Assembly: GCA_965242725.1 (NCBI GenBank)
Contig: CBDESZ010000015.1
Coordinates: forward strand, 1-64,000
From: Alkalispirochaeta sp.
GTDB lineage: Bacteria > Spirochaetota > Spirochaetia > DSM-27196 > Alkalispirochaetaceae
Length of the DNA stretch: 64,000 nucleotides
Direction: 5' to 3'
Below are positions 60,185 to 64,000 of this stretch, piece after piece. A program made the position numbers and the translations under genes. The notes under the pieces were generated by a model that ran no database searches, had not been told where the DNA came from, and saw only the letters and a program-made list of their open reading frames with translations. How positions within the stretch are numbered: the stretch's first letter is position 1; every line of letters starts with the position of its first letter.

Positions 60185-61015
60185 ATGAAGGAATTGAAGG
60201 ATACCATCGCAGTCGTTACCGGAGCGGCGTCGGGGCTGGGCAGATCGATTGCATTGCATCTGGCGGAGAGGGGCGCCATCGTCGTCGCGAGCGACATCGA
60301 CTTCGGCGGCGCGGAAGAGACGAGCCGCCGGATTGTTGAAGGCGGCGGCAGATCCATTGCGATCGCCGCCGATGTGACCGTTGAAAATGAGATTGTCAAC
60401 GTCGTCAACCGCACGGTAGAACGGTACGGAAGGATCGATTATCTCTTCAACAACGCGGGCGTAGCGCTGAATGGGGAGTTTCAGGATATGGACGACGATA
60501 CGTGGAAGAAGATCATGGACGTCAATTTCTGGGGCGTCGTCTACGGTACCCGCGCCGCCTATTCTCACATGATCGGGCAGGGTTTCGGCCATATCATTAA
60601 CGTGTCATCCCTGGCGGGGCTCGTTCCGGGCGGACTCATGACCGGGTACGGCGCCGCAAAACACGCCGTGGTGGGGTTTACCGCAACACTCAGAGCCGAG
60701 GCGCGGCAATACGGCATCCGTGTTTCCTCCCTCTGTCCCGGGTACCTCGATACGCCGATGCATGAGACCGCCGCCAATGTGACGCCCTACATCGCCGCAC
60801 ATGATGCGGAATATCTCAGCAGGTCCCACGGGTACCCGCCGCCGGACCGGATCATCCGGCACGTGATGCGCGGCGTGATGCGCAACAGGTCAATCATCGT
60901 TTCGCCCCGTATTCAGCTTCCGGTCTGGTGGATCTACCGTGTATTTCCGGAGTTGCTGCCGCGGGTCTGGTCGGCGATAATAGCTGGTATCAAGCAAAAA
61001 CAACCGGCTGTGTAA
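60185..61015 (+). CDS. short-chain dehydrogenase/reductase
   Basis: TGAASGLG, NNAG, YGAAK. Confidence 0.95.
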   Translation: MKELKDTIAVVTGAASGLGRSIALHLAERGAIVVASDIDFGGAEETSRRIVEGGGRSIAIAADVTVENEIVNVVNRTVERYGRIDYLFNNAGVALNGEFQDMDDDTWKKIMDVNFWGVVYGTRAAYSHMIGQGFGHIINVSSLAGLVPGGLMTGYGAAKHAVVGFTATLRAEARQYGIRVSSLCPGYLDTPMHETAANVTPYIAAHDAEYLSRSHGYPPPDRIIRHVMRGVMRNRSIIVSPRIQLPVWWIYRVFPELLPRVWSAIIAGIKQKQPAV

Positions 61016-61025
61016 AGGGGAGACA

Positions 61026-61802
61026 GTGGAAGAATATCCGCAGCCCGTGAATGTTCGGCAAATGACGCTTTCCCGTATTCTCTTGATGCATCTCTGGCCG
61101 GCAATCGCTTTTTTCGTCGTCATTTACGGGATCGGTCCGAAATTTGCCGGCGACGATCGACCCGTGTCGTTCTGGTTTGTCCTATTTGTTATGGTCGTGT
61201 GCAACGGCCTCGAACTGGCGGCGGGAGTGGCGGGGCTGCGCCGCTCCGGTCGTCCCGTTCCTCTCCGGCGAAGTCCCCGGCGAAGGGGACGGTGGTACGT
61301 ATCCGCGATCGCGGTCCTGATCGTCGGTTTTGCCGCGGCCGCGGCGGTAACGCCGGTTCACCGGCTCCTTGCCGAATCGACGCTCCTGGCACCGCCTTCC
61401 TGGTGGCCCGCCGCAACCGACCCGACCGTACCCAAATCGGGTATCGCCGACGCCTTTCCGGATGTCAACCTTTCCGGGAACTGGCTGTTTTTCTTTGCCT
61501 ACGTGACGATCGGCCTCTTTTTCAACGTCATTGGAGAGGAGGTGTACTATCGGGCCTATCTCCTGCCGCGGATGCACGGCGTCTTCGGCCGGTGGGCGTG
61601 GGTTGCAAGCTCGCTGCTCTTTACGGCAAAACATATCTACCAGCCCTGGGCATTGCCGGGAGTCCTGGTTGGAGCCCTCTGTTTCGGATTTGCCGCAGGC
61701 CCCCTCAAGAGCGTCCGCCTGGCGATTCTGTACCACTGGATCGGGAATTACCTACTGCCGGTAGGTATGCTCTTCCTGGCGGTTATGAACATTTCAATGT
61801 AA
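61026..61802 (+). CDS. CPBP (Abi/CAAX) intramembrane protease
   Basis: EEVYYR, FTAKH, HWIGN. Confidence 0.88.
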   Translation: MEEYPQPVNVRQMTLSRILLMHLWPAIAFFVVIYGIGPKFAGDDRPVSFWFVLFVMVVCNGLELAAGVAGLRRSGRPVPLRRSPRRRGRWYVSAIAVLIVGFAAAAAVTPVHRLLAESTLLAPPSWWPAATDPTVPKSGIADAFPDVNLSGNWLFFFAYVTIGLFFNVIGEEVYYRAYLLPRMHGVFGRWAWVASSLLFTAKHIYQPWALPGVLVGALCFGFAAGPLKSVRLAILYHWIGNYLLPVGMLFLAVMNISM

Positions 61803-61818
61803 GGGGAAAAGGATCTGC

Positions 61819-62811
61819 ATGATGAGTGACAGGGGCGCCCCAACTGCTACACCCGCCACAACCGGTACCGTCGCCGCATTGCTGGGGATCCATCCCAACA
61901 CCCTTCGCTGGTACGAGGCGGCGGGGTATCTGCCGGAGGTTCCGCGCACGCGAGGTGGATACCGTCAGTACTCTCCGGAGCTCGTACGCCTGGCCGGAAT
62001 CGTCCGGGAATCGCAACCGCTACTGCGCATCTATGGACCCATACGCCGCGCCGGCTTTGTCTTTCTCCGGGGGTGCAGGGAAGAGTGCGTCGCCCTGGAA
62101 CGACGTGGTGACGTGAGAGCGAAGGTTGCCGCGTGGACGGAAGGTGCGGGATATCCGCTGCCGGTGGAGGGCGCGGATCACGCGGTGAGCCCGCCCGGGA
62201 CGTACCCGGCGTACCCGCCGTACCGTACCGCCCTGGCGCGTCTGGCTGAATTGAAAGATCTATTGGAGCGGGAACACCGCCTCGCCCTGGACGCCCTGGA
62301 AGCACTGGAACGATTCCGGCGCGGCGACGCCGCGGCTACGCGTGATATGGAGCGGGAGCGGGCTCCGTCACGCCGGGGCGTGCTCTCCTATATCGGACCG
62401 ACGGCAGCAGATACAGGCCTCTCCCGGGACCGGATCATCAACTGGGAACGGGACGGACTGTGCCGCTACCCGCGGAGCGAGGCGGGGTACCGTCTCTTTG
62501 GCGCGGACGAGCGAGACCGACTTCTGATTATCAGAAGCTGCAGGACCGCCGGATACAGCATTACCGCCATTCGCCGGCTGATGCGCGCCGTTGAGGAGGC
62601 GTCGCCGGTTTTGGACGTGCCCACGGACGCTCCGACCGTCGACGTGCAGCCCTCTGCGTCGGGGCCCGACGCTCTTCGGACCGTTGCCGACACACCGACA
62701 CCACAGGAGACGGCGCTCTTTTCCGTCTTTCCCACCGATACCCTCCCGTCCACGCTGGAAAGGCTGATCGCCCTGACTGAACGTCTGGAGACGATAATTC
62801 GGGCCGGCTGA
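61819..62811 (+). CDS. MerR family regulator with two MerR HTH domains
   Basis: IHPNTLRWYE...GYRQY and RIINWERDGL...GYRLF. Confidence 0.85.
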   Translation: MMSDRGAPTATPATTGTVAALLGIHPNTLRWYEAAGYLPEVPRTRGGYRQYSPELVRLAGIVRESQPLLRIYGPIRRAGFVFLRGCREECVALERRGDVRAKVAAWTEGAGYPLPVEGADHAVSPPGTYPAYPPYRTALARLAELKDLLEREHRLALDALEALERFRRGDAAATRDMERERAPSRRGVLSYIGPTAADTGLSRDRIINWERDGLCRYPRSEAGYRLFGADERDRLLIIRSCRTAGYSITAIRRLMRAVEEASPVLDVPTDAPTVDVQPSASGPDALRTVADTPTPQETALFSVFPTDTLPSTLERLIALTERLETIIRAG

Positions 62812-62828
62812 TCTCCCGTCGTCCCTCT

Positions 62829-62861
62829 CAACCCTCCAATTTAACACCAGGGTTGTACCAT
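62829..62861 (+). promoter_or_regulatory. candidate MerR operator dyad next to a -10 element
   Basis: CAACCCT-N13-AGGGTTG directly followed by TACCAT. Confidence 0.5.
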
Positions 62862-62886
62862 GACCCATCAATTCACAGGAGGCGGT

Positions 62887-63657
62887 ATGACAGATACGGT
62901 AATTGTGCGCGCCCGAGGAATATCCAAAGAGTACCCCAGCGGCGTGCGTGCTCTGGAGGAGGTTGATCTCACCATCCGGGAAGGAGAGCGCTTTGTGCTC
63001 CTCGGTCCCAACGGCGCGGGAAAGTCGACGCTGGTCAGAATCATTTCATCACTTTCCCGACCGGACCTGGGACGGTGTGACGTCTGCGGAATGGATCCTC
63101 AACGGGACGCACGGCGGCTCATGGAACGGATCGGCGTGGTGACCCAGGATAATGATCTCGATCCCCAGGCGACGGGACGGGAGCTGCTGCGGTTTCAGGG
63201 CAGGCTCTTTGGTCTGGACAGGAACGAGAGCGGAGCGCGGGCGGAGGAGCTCATTGAGGCGCTTGACCTCACCGATCACGCCGACAAACGGGTGGAGACG
63301 CTGTCGGGAGGGAACAAGCGCAAACTCCACTGCGCCCTCGCACTTGTCCATCGTCCGCGGCTCCTCTTTCTCGATGAGCCGACGGTGGGTATGGACCCGG
63401 AAGTGCGGGCGCGGTTCTGGGGGTTCATTCGTCGTCTCAATCGAGATGAGGGAATCACGCTGGTCCTCACCACCCAATATCTGGAAGAAGCGGAACGGCA
63501 CGCCGAGGAAATGGCGTTGCTCCGCAACGGCAGGATTGTCTACCGGGGATCGGTGGAGACTTTTATCGGTGAACGTCACATCGCGGAAGGCAACCGGAGA
63601 TCTCTTGAGGAGGGATATCTGGCGTATCTGCAGGAGGCCGGTCATGCTGCTCATTAA
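62887..63657 (+). CDS. ABC-2 exporter ATP-binding protein (DrrA-like)
   Basis: GPNGAGKST, LSGG, DEPTVGMDP, TTQYLEEA; AGGAGG before ATG 62887. Confidence 0.92.
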   Translation: MTDTVIVRARGISKEYPSGVRALEEVDLTIREGERFVLLGPNGAGKSTLVRIISSLSRPDLGRCDVCGMDPQRDARRLMERIGVVTQDNDLDPQATGRELLRFQGRLFGLDRNESGARAEELIEALDLTDHADKRVETLSGGNKRKLHCALALVHRPRLLFLDEPTVGMDPEVRARFWGFIRRLNRDEGITLVLTTQYLEEAERHAEEMALLRNGRIVYRGSVETFIGERHIAEGNRRSLEEGYLAYLQEAGHAAH

Positions 63658-64000
63658 ACGGGGTGTCCTGCGGATGCTCAGACGTCCATTTGCCCTCCTG
63701 GGGGGGCTCGGCATGAGCCTCTTTTTTCTGGTGGTATACAATGCGGGAATTGGCGGTGTTGAATTTCTGCCGCAGTTCGGCGGAGGCGGGTATCTCGCCT
63801 TTCTTCTGCCCATGAGCCTCGTCTCCCTTGCGATGGGTTCTGCCGCCGGGGCGGGGCAGTCACTTCACGATGACATGGCGTCGGGCTACTTTCGCCGCCT
63901 CTACCTCTCGCCGGTGCGGCGCTGGACATTTGTGGTTGCGCCGATTACCGCCGACGCCGTCGCCACGGCGCTGGGGTCTTTCGGCGTTGTCACTGCGGGT
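63644..64000 (+). CDS. ABC-2 exporter permease, truncated by window end
   Basis: MLLIKRGVLRMLRRP...YLAFLLP...DMASGYFRRL, open to the edge. Confidence 0.85.
   Translation, partial: MLLIKRGVLRMLRRPFALLGGLGMSLFFLVVYNAGIGGVEFLPQFGGGGYLAFLLPMSLVSLAMGSAAGAGQSLHDDMASGYFRRLYLSPVRRWTFVVAPITADAVATALGSFGVVTAG

Noticed and set aside
38200..64000. Integron cassette array
   Set aside because: Gene content is cassette-like, but orientations are mixed and I saw no repeated attC-like sites or integrase.

Overview
64 kb of moderately GC-rich bacterial chromosome, probably from a free-living spirochaete (inferred from solute-binding protein N-termini such as AGGQGE/GAGQAE/ARGSSE). No rRNA, tRNA, CRISPR, integrase or transposase was seen. 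1-13 kb: AraC regulators, a TRAP transporter, a 5'-nucleotidase and an ACT/PFL-like pair. 13-24 kb: a GntR-centred organic-acid cluster (FAH, DRE-TIM enzyme, DASS, SucCD-like ligase, TctCBA, crotonase). This is the best candidate for a new system: the ligase carries ATP-citrate-lyase-type rather than succinyl-CoA-synthetase-type substrate motifs, and the homocitrate-synthase-like enzyme lacks the Glu/His/Tyr residues used in the synthase reaction, suggesting a new two-step tricarboxylate-CoA ligase/lyase. 25-40 kb: a YtfQRT/YjfF-type sugar ABC system with SBP-HK-RR sensing, plus other signalling genes. 40-64 kb: accessory patchwork of small genes and internally deleted remnants, a 4x22-bp palindrome array, a transglycosylase lacking both conserved glutamates, and a Cys-rich ECF sigma factor flanked by two matching candidate promoters. 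Five genes are split by single +1 G/C insertions, probably sequencing errors. All motif comparisons are by eye against remembered family consensus sequences, not computed alignments.
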